This document shows positions 30,304 to 39,013 of a stretch of 64,000 nt of DNA, piece by piece. A program made the position numbers and the translations under genes. Source of the stretch: Candidatus Binataceae bacterium (GTDB lineage Bacteria; Desulfobacterota; Binatia; Binatales; Binataceae); NCBI GenBank assembly GCA_030038355.1, contig JASHPB010000098.1:586-64585 (forward strand), written 5' to 3'. The notes below the pieces were generated by a model. That model saw only the letters and a program-made list of their open reading frames with translations. It was not told the DNA's origin and made no database searches. Within the stretch, counting starts at the first letter, position 1. Each line of letters begins with the position of its first letter.

Positions 30304-30374
30304 ATTGCGTCGAACTGTGCGATCCGGCCACGATGATGTGCATCAACCCGATCCTTGACCGATCGAGGTTCATC

Positions 30375-31412
30375 ATGAGCTGGACAGTCACGTCGCTTCG
30401 TATCAGCCTGCTAGCCGCAGTGTTGGCTCTCAGCGCGAACGCGTTCGCTGCGGAGGGCGCCTACACTCCTCAGCCGGCAGGCGCGGCGCCAAGCACGCTC
30501 CGCGAATTTCGCTTCACCTATCACGCTGATATTCCCGTGCAGAACCGCTCGGCGCACAAAGTCGAAGCCTGGGTGCCGCTGCCGCGCGAAGATGCTTTTC
30601 AGCGCATTTCCGATCTGAAGATGGAGTCTCCCGCATTGGTGCGAATCGTGGAGCAGCCCAAGTTCCACAACCGCGTGGCATACGTCTATGCTGAAGCTCC
30701 CCTGCCCGCTTCGATCCCGCTGACGGTGAGCTTTGTAGTGACGCGCGCTGAAGAGGCGCCGAGCATGGTCGTCGCCGCGCGACCGCTTCCAGAGCCTTTA
30801 GGAGGCGCTTTCGCCGACTATCTCGGACCGGACAAGATGGTGCCGCTCAACGGGCGAATCGCCGCGGTGAGCACCAACCTCGAAGAATCCGGAGCAACGC
30901 CGCTCGAGCAGGCGCGCGTGATCTATCAATACGTGACCGACGTGATGAAGTACGATAAGTCAGGCAAAGGATGGGGCCGCGGCGACGCGATCTATGCGTG
31001 CGACGTTCGGCGCGGCAACTGCACCGATTTCCATTCGTTGTTCATCGCGCTTGTTCGCGCCCGCAGCATCCCCGCACGCTTCACGATCGGCTTTCCGCTC
31101 GGCAACGCCAAGGCGGGGACGATACCCGGCTATCACTGCTGGGCGGAATTTTATTCGGGCGGTGAGTGGGTTCCGATTGATGCGTCAGAGGCGTGGAAGC
31201 ATCCCGAGCGCCACGACTACTATTTCGGCCGACTCGACGCCGACCGCGTGGCATTCACGATGGGGCGCGACCTCGTGCTCGACCCTCCTCAGCACGGCCA
31301 GCCGGTAAACTTCCTCGTGTATCCCTATGTCGAAGTCGACGGCGCCGCGATGCCGCAAGGCGAAATCAAGACGAAATTCGAGTACGACGATATCCGAGAT
31401 GTCAGAAAGTAG
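30375..31412 (+). CDS. Secreted transglutaminase-like (papain-fold Cys-His-Asp) domain protein
   Basis: ATG 30375. Signal peptide MSWTVTSLRISLLAAVLALSANAFAAEG. Catalytic triad context GNCTDFHSLF (Cys), GYHCWAEF (His), WVPIDASE (Asp). Confidence 0.8.
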   Translation: MSWTVTSLRISLLAAVLALSANAFAAEGAYTPQPAGAAPSTLREFRFTYHADIPVQNRSAHKVEAWVPLPREDAFQRISDLKMESPALVRIVEQPKFHNRVAYVYAEAPLPASIPLTVSFVVTRAEEAPSMVVAARPLPEPLGGAFADYLGPDKMVPLNGRIAAVSTNLEESGATPLEQARVIYQYVTDVMKYDKSGKGWGRGDAIYACDVRRGNCTDFHSLFIALVRARSIPARFTIGFPLGNAKAGTIPGYHCWAEFYSGGEWVPIDASEAWKHPERHDYYFGRLDADRVAFTMGRDLVLDPPQHGQPVNFLVYPYVEVDGAAMPQGEIKTKFEYDDIRDVRK

Positions 31413-31430
31413 GGAAACTTGCGACAGCGA

Positions 31431-31455
31431 AAAGCGCCGCCGCAGAGGCCGCTTT
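31431..31455. terminator. Bidirectional hairpin terminator candidate between convergent genes
   Basis: AAAGCGCCGCCGCAGAGGCCGCTTT, with an imperfect 8-9 bp stem and T-rich flank on the minus strand. Confidence 0.3.
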
Positions 31456-31478
31456 CGAACACTTTCGCTTTGTAGGAT

Positions 31479-31661
31479 TTAGTGCTTGGTCTCGATTCGA
31501 CGACCGTAGGTCACTTCACCCTTGTCAACGCGGAGACTGAAACCGCAATCAGGATTGGTGCAAACCCAGGCTTTGAACAACACCGAAGCGCCTTCCTGTC
31601 CGTAGTCCGACAGCGGAATCAGTGTACCGTTGTTACACTTCTGGCACTTCGGCCACTCCAT
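31479..31661 (-). CDS. 60-aa zinc-ribbon protein (CxxC ... CxxxxC), function unknown
   Basis: MEWPKCQKCNNGTLIPLSDYGQEGASVLFKAWVCTNPDCGFSLRVDKGEVTYGRRIETKH. Strong RBS AAGGAGGA 7 nt upstream of the ATG. GC3 is typical of native genes. Confidence 0.6.
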   Translation of the reverse strand: MEWPKCQKCNNGTLIPLSDYGQEGASVLFKAWVCTNPDCGFSLRVDKGEVTYGRRIETKH

Positions 31662-31822
31662 CTACCGCTCCTCCTTGCAACCGACCCGAACCACGGCATT
31701 CCCGTCCCGAAATTATCCGACAAATAGGGCTAAAGCAACGTCGCCAAAGACCGTGCGCATCCGCTCCGGGAGCCAGCGTGTAAGTATAAATCGAGGACCG
31801 AACGGGCTAGTATGCTTGTTTG

Positions 31823-32542
31823 ATGCGATCGCGCGCGAACAGAATCGCCGTGCTGATATCGGCGCTGGCGCTGACTTTTGCGGCCGCCGCCCGCGCCCAG
31901 TCTGAAGTGCCATCGTTTCAGCATCAAGGCGGCGCCAACGAGCTCGAGATTCAGCCGCGGTTAGGCTCGCAGCCGCCGCCCGCGATGCCACCGCAGGATG
32001 ACAACACGCGAATCATCCCCGTGATTCCGCACGACCAGCAGGTGCTGGTTCTGCCGCAGGCGAGCCGCGATTTCATCGGCAAATGGGGCGGCCATCTCAC
32101 GCTTGATCATCACAGCGACAACGTTCAACCGCCCGAGTCAACCGTCGTGTCAGTTTTATTCGGCGAACGCGACGGAGGTGTCGTGCTGGCGACCGACGTG
32201 CTGGGCAGCCGCAACACCAACGTCCTGCAGTCAACGGCGGAATCGGACGGCCCTCGGGCCGTCACCGTGACAGTGCAAGCTGTGGACTTTAACCCGAGGC
32301 CGCCGCTACGTCAGGTCAACAAACTCACGCTGAGGCTCGTATCTCATGACGAGGTGGAATGCGATCAGCTCGCGGACTTTTACATCACCGGCATCTCGAG
32401 CCCGATTGCGGAGGTCGAATACACGGGCACGCTCAGGGCGTTGACGCGGCGGGAAGATCGGATGCTCGCGGAAGAAGCGGCTGAGAGCGGCAAAGAGCCG
32501 ATTTGGCACATCGAGCAGGGCAATCCGCCGCCTGACGAGTGA
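31823..32542 (+). CDS. Secreted hypothetical protein (signal peptide, no recognisable domain)
   Basis: N-terminus MRSRANRIAVLISALALTFAAAARAQSE is Sec-type. No motif recognised. Divergent from the zinc-ribbon gene. Confidence 0.55.
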   Translation: MRSRANRIAVLISALALTFAAAARAQSEVPSFQHQGGANELEIQPRLGSQPPPAMPPQDDNTRIIPVIPHDQQVLVLPQASRDFIGKWGGHLTLDHHSDNVQPPESTVVSVLFGERDGGVVLATDVLGSRNTNVLQSTAESDGPRAVTVTVQAVDFNPRPPLRQVNKLTLRLVSHDEVECDQLADFYITGISSPIAEVEYTGTLRALTRREDRMLAEEAAESGKEPIWHIEQGNPPPDE

Positions 32543-33224
32543 TTTCAGGTCATCGAGCTGATCGCGATACGCACGGCCCACGGCGCGGCCCACCAGGTTG
32601 AAATCTCTTCTGACGCCGCTGCATCGCTTCTGCGCGAGCCGAGCCCATCGATAATCGCCATCGCCGTCAGCCGGTAGCGCGCGTTGCCCTCGTCCTCGTA
32701 GCAGTCAGAAAAGCAGAAGGCATGGACTGGGCTCGGCATTCCAGAGCAGTTGATGCAGCGATGACGACTGCTCGACAAGATCGACGTGCCTTCGAGTGCT
32801 CTTATCGGCGGTGAGCGCCGCAGCTGTAGGGTCTACTAGATTAAGCCCCGGGCGACGAAAAAATCGCAGCAGCTTGCGCATTTGCGGCGTCGCCAAATCC
32901 GCCCGCATCGAACGCAGCGCACAAGATCAACGGCCGATCACCGGATGACGATCGAACTCGTGACCTGGCGCTTTGAGCGCCCCGCTCGCGGTGAGAACGC
33001 TATTCACGATGACCAAGTGGAGGATATGTAGTCAGGCCAACCTTGCGCAAACAATCGAGATAAGCAGCGTTCGCCTGGCGGGCCGTCGCGCGTGCTTCTT
33101 TCAGCGCGTCGCCCTCTGTGACGAGGCCCGGTAGAGCAGGACACCTGACGACCTATCCCGCCTTCCTCGGCGGCTCGAAGAGCAACTCTATAGCTGAGCA
33201 ACTTGGCCATCCGAGAACCACTGC

Positions 33225-34688
33225 CTACTTCAGCGCGCGGACCGAAAATCCGCGCTCGTTGCAACACAGCAGCGAGCGTTTGCCGTCAACGCTAGTCTCG
33301 AGCACCACCTCGCGGCCCCAAAGCCGCTGCAGATACGCGATCGTCTTCTCCGCGTACTCGAGCAGCAAATCGCGACCATCGTGGTAGTGCTTCAGGTACA
33401 ACGTTCGCGCCTGTCCGAAGTCGGCGTCCTCGACTTTGATCACCGGGATCGATGCGGTGCCGACGTTCTTGATCAGCGTATCCTTCACCTGCTTCCACCC
33501 TTCGTCGTCGGCAACCTTGCTCACGACGTATTCCTCGCCGCGCGATTCGTATTCGAAGATATCCATCTCGCGGAGCAAATCTTCGGTCAGGTAGCGGCGC
33601 AGGAAAGACGAATCGCGCTCGACTTCGCGCACCTCGAACAGCTTTTCATTGCCGCTCTTGGTCGGTGCGCCGTCACGTCTGATTTCTTCCGGCGTCGGAT
33701 TAGTCCATCGGCGGTAGATGTCCTGCCAAATCTTGAGCCCGAGGTGATACGGATTTATCTGGCCGGGAATCGGGCGCACGACCTGGTTGTGGCGCACGAT
33801 GAACTCGAGGTGGAGGCCTTGCTCGATGCCGAGCGACTCGAGGATGCGATGGTGCCAGTAGCTCGCCCAACCCTCGTTCATAATCTTGGTTTCCATCATC
33901 GGGATGAAGTACTTGGCTTCCTCGTCCACGATAGTGAGCAGGTCGCGCTCCCATTCCGCGAGAAACGGATTGTGATCGCGGATGAAGAGCAACAGGTCTT
34001 CGTCGGGCTCGATCGGCACCTTGTGGAGATCGGCTTCTTTGACTTCCTGCCGTGAATGGATCTTCTGGAACGGGTCGTAACGCGGCTGCGCTCCCTCGAC
34101 CGCACGATCGATCTGCTCTTTGCGATCGAGCTTGCGAATCGCTAGATTGCGGCGGCATTGCCATGACAGCGCATGCGCCGCATCGAGAACGCGCTCGACC
34201 TTTTCAATTCCGATCGACGGATCCTCGACATAGCGCCGCACGCGAAGCGCATGAGCCTTGAAGATCTCGACGGTGAGCTCGGCCCGAGTCGATTTGTAGG
34301 TGAAGTTGTTCTTGAAGAAATCGTTGTGACCGTACACGTGTGCGATCGTCAGGATCTGCAGCAGCAGCGTGTTATCGCGCATGAGATAGGCAATCGCGGG
34401 ATTCGAGTTGATCACCATCTCGTAGGGTAATCCGCTCACGCCGTGATCGTAGAGCGTCTTCAATTTCTCGTACGACTTGCCGTAGGACCAATGCGGGTAA
34501 TGGGACGGCATGCCCGAGTAGGCCATGTAACCGAGCATCCCAACGTGATCGCAGATCTCGAACTCCTGCGGGTAACAGTCGAGTCCGAATTCGTCGACTT
34601 TCTCGCGGATGCGCCTGTCCCAGTCGGCGAGGTCGCGCAGTTCGTAGTTCGACGATCCGAGCGGTCTTTCGATTTGCGGCTGGTTCAT
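33225..34688 (-). CDS. spoVR: SpoVR/YcgB family protein
   Basis: 487 aa, with characteristic blocks (HVYGHNDFFKNN, MNEGWASYWHH) of SpoVR/YcgB. It is the third gene of the conserved prkA-yeaH-spoVR triad. Its start overlaps the yeaH stop by 4 nt. Confidence 0.9.
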   Translation of the reverse strand: MNQPQIERPLGSSNYELRDLADWDRRIREKVDEFGLDCYPQEFEICDHVGMLGYMAYSGMPSHYPHWSYGKSYEKLKTLYDHGVSGLPYEMVINSNPAIAYLMRDNTLLLQILTIAHVYGHNDFFKNNFTYKSTRAELTVEIFKAHALRVRRYVEDPSIGIEKVERVLDAAHALSWQCRRNLAIRKLDRKEQIDRAVEGAQPRYDPFQKIHSRQEVKEADLHKVPIEPDEDLLLFIRDHNPFLAEWERDLLTIVDEEAKYFIPMMETKIMNEGWASYWHHRILESLGIEQGLHLEFIVRHNQVVRPIPGQINPYHLGLKIWQDIYRRWTNPTPEEIRRDGAPTKSGNEKLFEVREVERDSSFLRRYLTEDLLREMDIFEYESRGEEYVVSKVADDEGWKQVKDTLIKNVGTASIPVIKVEDADFGQARTLYLKHYHDGRDLLLEYAEKTIAYLQRLWGREVVLETSVDGKRSLLCCNERGFSVRALK

Positions 34689-35968
34689 TCCTTGATCCTG
34701 TCCTTGGCGAGGAATGCCTTGAACGACGGCCAGATGTCTTCCTTGCGCTCGATCAGCACGGTGTGGAAGTTGGGCGCCTGGATGCGCCGGAACACATTCA
34801 GCATCGAGGATTCGTAGTAGCGCGACCCGAGCGGTTTAATCTCTCCGTAGCCGAACAGGTTGCAGATTTCCGCCAGTTCCTCGGCCGCCTTCAGCGCCGC
34901 TGGATTGTCGGAGTCGAAGTTGTCGCCATCGGAGCAGTGGAAGGCGTAGACGTTCCAGAGCGACGGATGGTAGCGCTCCGCGATGATCTGCAGTGCGCGG
35001 GCATAGCCCGATGAAATGAACGTTCCCCCCGACTCGCCCTTGTGGAAAAATTCTTCCTCGGTCACCTCGTTGGCCTCGGTGTGGTGCGCGATAAAAACGA
35101 TTTCGACGTTGCGATAACGCGTTGAGATGAACTGGTAGAGCAGGAAGAAGAAGCTGCGCGCGAGATACTTCTTCATCGTGTCCATCGAACCCGACGTGTC
35201 CATGATGCAGATCACGGCCGCGTTCGATTCCTCGCGGGTGTCGACCTCGATGTGTTTGTAGCGCAGGTCGTCCTGGTGAAACGGATGGCGGCGGCGCTTC
35301 AGCGCCGGAATCGAACCCACGTTCGCCGATGGAGTCTCATCAAGCTCGTCGAGCGCCGCGTCGTCGTCGGCCTCGAGCTCCTCTGCGCTCGGCGCGGTGC
35401 CCGCGCCGTTGCGCCGTTGTGCCGCAAGCACGCGCATCACGCGCTGGCGGGCGGTGCGCCGCTTGTCGAGCCGCACGCGGATGCCGACCTTGCGGTAGCC
35501 TTTGCGCTTGGTCGAGTAGTCCGACTGAATTTCGCGGAGCGCTCGCCGCTCGAGGTTCGGCAACTCGAGGTCCTCGAACATGATGTCGATGAGCTCTTCG
35601 AGCGTGACGTCAGTTTCGTAATAGTCCACGCCCGGGCGATCGCCGGCGCGCTCGTCGCCTTTGCCCGGACCGTCTTTGCCCGACTTGCCTACAACCTGGC
35701 CGGGTTGCGAATCGCCATCGCCCTGTGCTGCGCCTGGCGAGTTTTCACCGTAAACGAAGCGATACTCCTTAATGCCGCGTAGCGGGACCTTGATAACACG
35801 GTCCCTGTCTTTGCCGATGATCGATTCCTCGGCAATGATGTCGGCGATGTTCTCGCGAATCGATTCGCGGACTTTCTGGCGATGCCTAAGGCGATCGCCG
35901 GCGGAGCGGTCGGATCGTTCGGCATCGGAGGGCCGGTATTCGCGGAAGATTGTGTCGCCAGTCGCCAT
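34685..35968 (-). CDS. yeaH: YeaH/YhbH family protein (DUF444, UPF0229) with vWA-like C-terminal domain
   Basis: 427 aa. N-terminal acidic/Gly-rich region, then a VICIMDTSGSMD (vWA MIDAS-like DxSGS) block typical of DUF444. Confidence 0.9.
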   Translation of the reverse strand: MATGDTIFREYRPSDAERSDRSAGDRLRHRQKVRESIRENIADIIAEESIIGKDRDRVIKVPLRGIKEYRFVYGENSPGAAQGDGDSQPGQVVGKSGKDGPGKGDERAGDRPGVDYYETDVTLEELIDIMFEDLELPNLERRALREIQSDYSTKRKGYRKVGIRVRLDKRRTARQRVMRVLAAQRRNGAGTAPSAEELEADDDAALDELDETPSANVGSIPALKRRRHPFHQDDLRYKHIEVDTREESNAAVICIMDTSGSMDTMKKYLARSFFFLLYQFISTRYRNVEIVFIAHHTEANEVTEEEFFHKGESGGTFISSGYARALQIIAERYHPSLWNVYAFHCSDGDNFDSDNPAALKAAEELAEICNLFGYGEIKPLGSRYYESSMLNVFRRIQAPNFHTVLIERKEDIWPSFKAFLAKDRIKE

Positions 35969-36060
35969 CGGATGGCACCTCGCCTAAGCTCAGATTATAC
36001 GCGCCCGAGCGTCTGTTCGCATCGCCGGCATCAACCCCGTTGGCGGTCCATTTTGGAACT

Positions 36061-36095
36061 CCCCTTCCCGATGCGGGAAGGGGTTGCGGGTTAGG
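36061..36095. repeat. Palindromic repeat element copy 1 (CCCCTTCCCGATGCGGGAAGGGGTTGCGGGTTAGG)
   Basis: Self-complementary hairpin CCCCTTCCCG-ATG-CGGGAAGGGG. About 30 nt are shared with an inverted copy at 36498-36537. Confidence 0.5.
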
Positions 36096-36497
36096 TCGAT
36101 TGGCTTGGGCGCGTTCGTTGCCACGCTCGCAATCCAATCGACGATCGAAATGAAATCTCGTTCGATGCTTTGGTTTGGAATCCTGAGCACTCGAACTCAA
36201 CCTTGTTAAGGCGCGGTCTCGTTGAGGATCGTGATCCGCGCGCAGTACGTGTGACGGCGCATCGAGTTCAATCGCAAGGGGCGCGGCTTCGCAATAGAAA
36301 TCAACGATAAGATTCCCAAGCACTTGCGGGCGGTGAAAATGAAGACCCCAATAGAGTTTCGTCGGAGCGCAGTCCAGAGCTTCTGCTCCTGGCAATGTCG
36401 GTCGGCAGCGGAGCGATTTCGGGGCCCAGGGCGATTTCGCACTGACGGTCTGATTATGAACGTTGGGGCGAGAGGGGAGAAGGATCAGGCACCCGAG

Positions 36498-36537
36498 CTA
36501 ACCCCTAACCCCTTCCCGCATCGGGAAGGCGGATTAG
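36498..36537. repeat. Palindromic repeat element copy 2 (inverted orientation)
   Basis: The reverse complement reads CCTAATCCGCCTTCCCGATGCGGGAAGGGGTTAGGGGTTAG. The core CTTCCCGATGCGGGAAGGGGTT-GGGTTAG is shared with copy 1. Confidence 0.5.
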
Positions 36538-36875
36538 GATCGCGCACGGTTCTGCTTTCAGCTGCCGTTTTTCACCGCGTAAGCGCTGGACGAGTTTATT
36601 TCGAACTTCGAACGCATCGGCGATATGCAGTCTTCGTTGGCTCGTGCCAAAAAAAGGCTTCCATCGGGCAAAGAAGCCGGATTGGCCGCCAATAGCATTT
36701 GTGTTCGCAGCTCTTCCAGGCGCGAATCACGCAGCGCAAGCTGACTCTCGAGACAGTAGATTTCCGAGCCGTCTCTGGAATTGGCAGCGACCGCATAACA
36801 GAGTTGTTCGACTGCCAACCGTTCGGACCGAATCAGCAGGTTCAAGCTTTCCAATCTCGGCTCCGCGTCGCGGCC

Positions 36876-38810
36876 TTAATCCTTCCATAGATTGTTGGCG
36901 GCGTATTTCAGCACCACGTCCACGCACGATTCGCAGTAGCCGTTCTCGAGCAGGTTCTTCACCATTGCGCTGTACTTCTCGCCCTGCTCCTCGTCGCGCG
37001 TGCGCGCCTTGGTGATGATGCGCGAGATGTCGCGCACCGAGGTCATCAACTTCTTCTCGATCGCTTCCTTGAGCGGCTCGTAACTCCGATAGCTGACCTT
37101 GTCTCCACGCCGCGACGTCGCCCACAGGTATGCGATCACTTCCTGGCGGAAGCCGTCGGCCGCCGAGCCGATGATCGCGATCTGCTCCTCGATCGACTTG
37201 AGGAAGCCTTCATCGGGCGGCAGCTCTTCCTTGGTGTTGCGATCGCGAACCTTGGTCTTGTTCACATACGCTTCGGCGTGATCGAGATAATTCTGGAACA
37301 GCGACTCGGCCTGCTCCTGGTAGGAGTAAACGAACGCGCGCGTGATCTCCTTCTCGAGCATGTCGAGATATTCCTTGTGCAGGGTGTCCTGCAAGAATTC
37401 GAGATATTGCTTGCGCGTATCGTCGGGCAGGTCGGCCTCCTTGGTCATCTGGATCAGCGCCTCACGGACGTTGATCGGGTTGATGCAGTTGCCGGAAACG
37501 TTGTCGGAGAGCGCGTTGTCCAGGGCCTTCATGATGAAGCGGGTCGAAATCCCGTTCATGCCTTCGCGCTTGGTGTCTTCCTTCAGCTCCTGCACATCGA
37601 TCTTCTTGGTGCGGCCTTTCTCGACTACTTCCTCGCCGTTGTAGAGGCGGAGCTTGGTCATCAGATCGCACTTCGAGGTCGGCTCGAGCCGCGACAGGAT
37701 CGCGAACATCGAGGCCATCTCGAGCGTGTGGGGCGCAACGTGCGCGCGAAAATCGGAGTTACGGATGATCTTCTGGTAGATCTTCACTTCCTCCGACAGG
37801 CGCAGGTTGTAGGGCACCTTCACGACCACGATACGGTCAAGGATCGCCTCGTTCGTGTGATCGGCTTTGAACTTCTGCCACTCGGCTTCGTTGGAGTGCG
37901 CGATGATGCAGGTGTCAACGTAGACCATGCCATGACGGCCGGGCGCCGGGATCACCTTCTCCTGCGTCGCGGTGATCATCGCATGCAGGTATTCGGTCTC
38001 GTTCTTGAAAACTTCGATAAACTCAACCACGCCACGATCGCCGACGTTGAGCGCGCCGTTGAGCTCGAGTACGCGCGGGTCGCCTTCGGAATACTGATCG
38101 AGCTTCGAGATGTCTTCGGAGCCGATCAGCACCGAGGTGTCCTGGTTGTTGGGATCGACCGGCGGAACCACGCCGACGCCCACGCGGTTGCGCTTCGAGA
38201 AGTTGCGCGTGATGACGGGGAATTCCTCGTAGCGCTGGTTGAACTCCGTCCTCAGCCGATAGCGGCAGACCGGGCAGAGATCACCCTCGACGTGGACACC
38301 TAGCATCTTCTCGAACTCGCGCCGCAGATGGCGCGGGATGAGATGCAGCGGCTCTTCGTTCATCGGACATCCCTCGATCGCGTAGATCGGCGGCGCCTGC
38401 TCGAGACCGCGCTGGACGCGCTCGACCAGCGAGCTTTTGCCCGAGCCGACCGGACCCATCAGGTAGAGCACCTGGCGGCTCTCCTCGCCCTTCAGCGAGG
38501 CGGAATGGAAGTAGCGAACGATTTGCGCGATCGTGCGTTCGATGCCGAAGAACTCGTCCGCGAAGAAGTTGTACACCTTGAGCGGCTCGTCCTTGTACAA
38601 CCGCTTCGTGCGCGGGTCGTCCGTGTCGTGGATGTTTCGCAGACCGGGCGCCATGATCAGGTCGTAGATGCGGGCGTGCGCGAGTTTGGTCGTCGTGGGA
38701 TCGTTGCGCACGACTTCCAGGTACTCGAGCAGTGTGCCACGCCACTGTTTCGATTCACGCGCCGCGCGGTCTTCCTTAATCACACGCTCATACGTGCTGA
38801 GGTCGGCCAT
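36876..38810 (-). CDS. prkA: PrkA family serine protein kinase (AAA+/kinase-like)
   Basis: 644 aa. Walker A GPVGSGKSS and the long conserved PrkA/YeaG N- and C-terminal blocks. It is the first gene of the prkA-yeaH-spoVR triad. Confidence 0.95.
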   Translation of the reverse strand: MADLSTYERVIKEDRAARESKQWRGTLLEYLEVVRNDPTTTKLAHARIYDLIMAPGLRNIHDTDDPRTKRLYKDEPLKVYNFFADEFFGIERTIAQIVRYFHSASLKGEESRQVLYLMGPVGSGKSSLVERVQRGLEQAPPIYAIEGCPMNEEPLHLIPRHLRREFEKMLGVHVEGDLCPVCRYRLRTEFNQRYEEFPVITRNFSKRNRVGVGVVPPVDPNNQDTSVLIGSEDISKLDQYSEGDPRVLELNGALNVGDRGVVEFIEVFKNETEYLHAMITATQEKVIPAPGRHGMVYVDTCIIAHSNEAEWQKFKADHTNEAILDRIVVVKVPYNLRLSEEVKIYQKIIRNSDFRAHVAPHTLEMASMFAILSRLEPTSKCDLMTKLRLYNGEEVVEKGRTKKIDVQELKEDTKREGMNGISTRFIMKALDNALSDNVSGNCINPINVREALIQMTKEADLPDDTRKQYLEFLQDTLHKEYLDMLEKEITRAFVYSYQEQAESLFQNYLDHAEAYVNKTKVRDRNTKEELPPDEGFLKSIEEQIAIIGSAADGFRQEVIAYLWATSRRGDKVSYRSYEPLKEAIEKKLMTSVRDISRIITKARTRDEEQGEKYSAMVKNLLENGYCESCVDVVLKYAANNLWKD

Positions 38811-38880
38811 CGGCTATCTCCTTAGGGACAAAAGGACGTTGCGGAATAAAGGCGTCGGCGGGAACTGAATTTTAAACCGG

Positions 38881-38897
38881 GCTGTTAGCTTTCCAAG
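38881..38897 (-). promoter_or_regulatory. Sigma54-like -24/-12 element (TGGAAAGCTAACAGCC) about 70 nt upstream of prkA
   Basis: GG and GC dinucleotides at the canonical 10-nt spacing (TGGcac-N5-ttGCa). The match is otherwise partial. Confidence 0.3.
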
Positions 38898-38927
38898 CCC
38901 CATCCTGAAAAAAGTATAACCTTCCAG

Positions 38928-38943
38928 ACTTGTTGCAACAAGT
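38928..38943. promoter_or_regulatory. Perfect 16-bp palindrome ACTTGTTGCAACAAGT upstream of the prkA promoter (candidate activator/repressor site)
   Basis: Perfect inverted repeat, about 30 nt upstream of the sigma54-like element. Confidence 0.35.
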
Positions 38944-39013
38944 AACTTAGGCGAAAACACAACGCCTGTGCGATGCGCGATCTATGCACAAGTTAATCAC
39001 ATGCTGGCCGTCA

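Noticed and set aside
32545-32778. 77-aa Cys-rich ORF (..HRCINCSG..) convergent with the secreted hypothetical gene
   Set aside because: No recognisable motif or SD, and it overlaps the 3' flank of the upstream gene. It could be a fragment, with evidence insufficient to call.
36498-36515. CCCTAACCCCTAACCCC telomere-like hexamer run
   Set aside because: It is part of the palindromic repeat element, with only two and a half units. It is a coincidence in a bacterial chromosome.
36558-36854. 98-aa coiled-coil-like ORF immediately downstream of prkA
   Set aside because: GC3 is about 55%, far below native genes. It lies inside the lower-GC insertion and there is no SD. It is probably a non-coding or decayed foreign ORF.
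37278-38303. 341-aa plus-strand ORF inside prkA (and similar long antisense ORFs 10534..11715, 25340..26185, 26486..27172, 33381..34055, 28274..29293, 41774..42508)
   Set aside because: Each is antisense to a gene with clear homology. Their Arg/Leu/Val/Ala-rich, low-complexity composition and lack of SD sequences are typical of GC-rich shadow ORFs.
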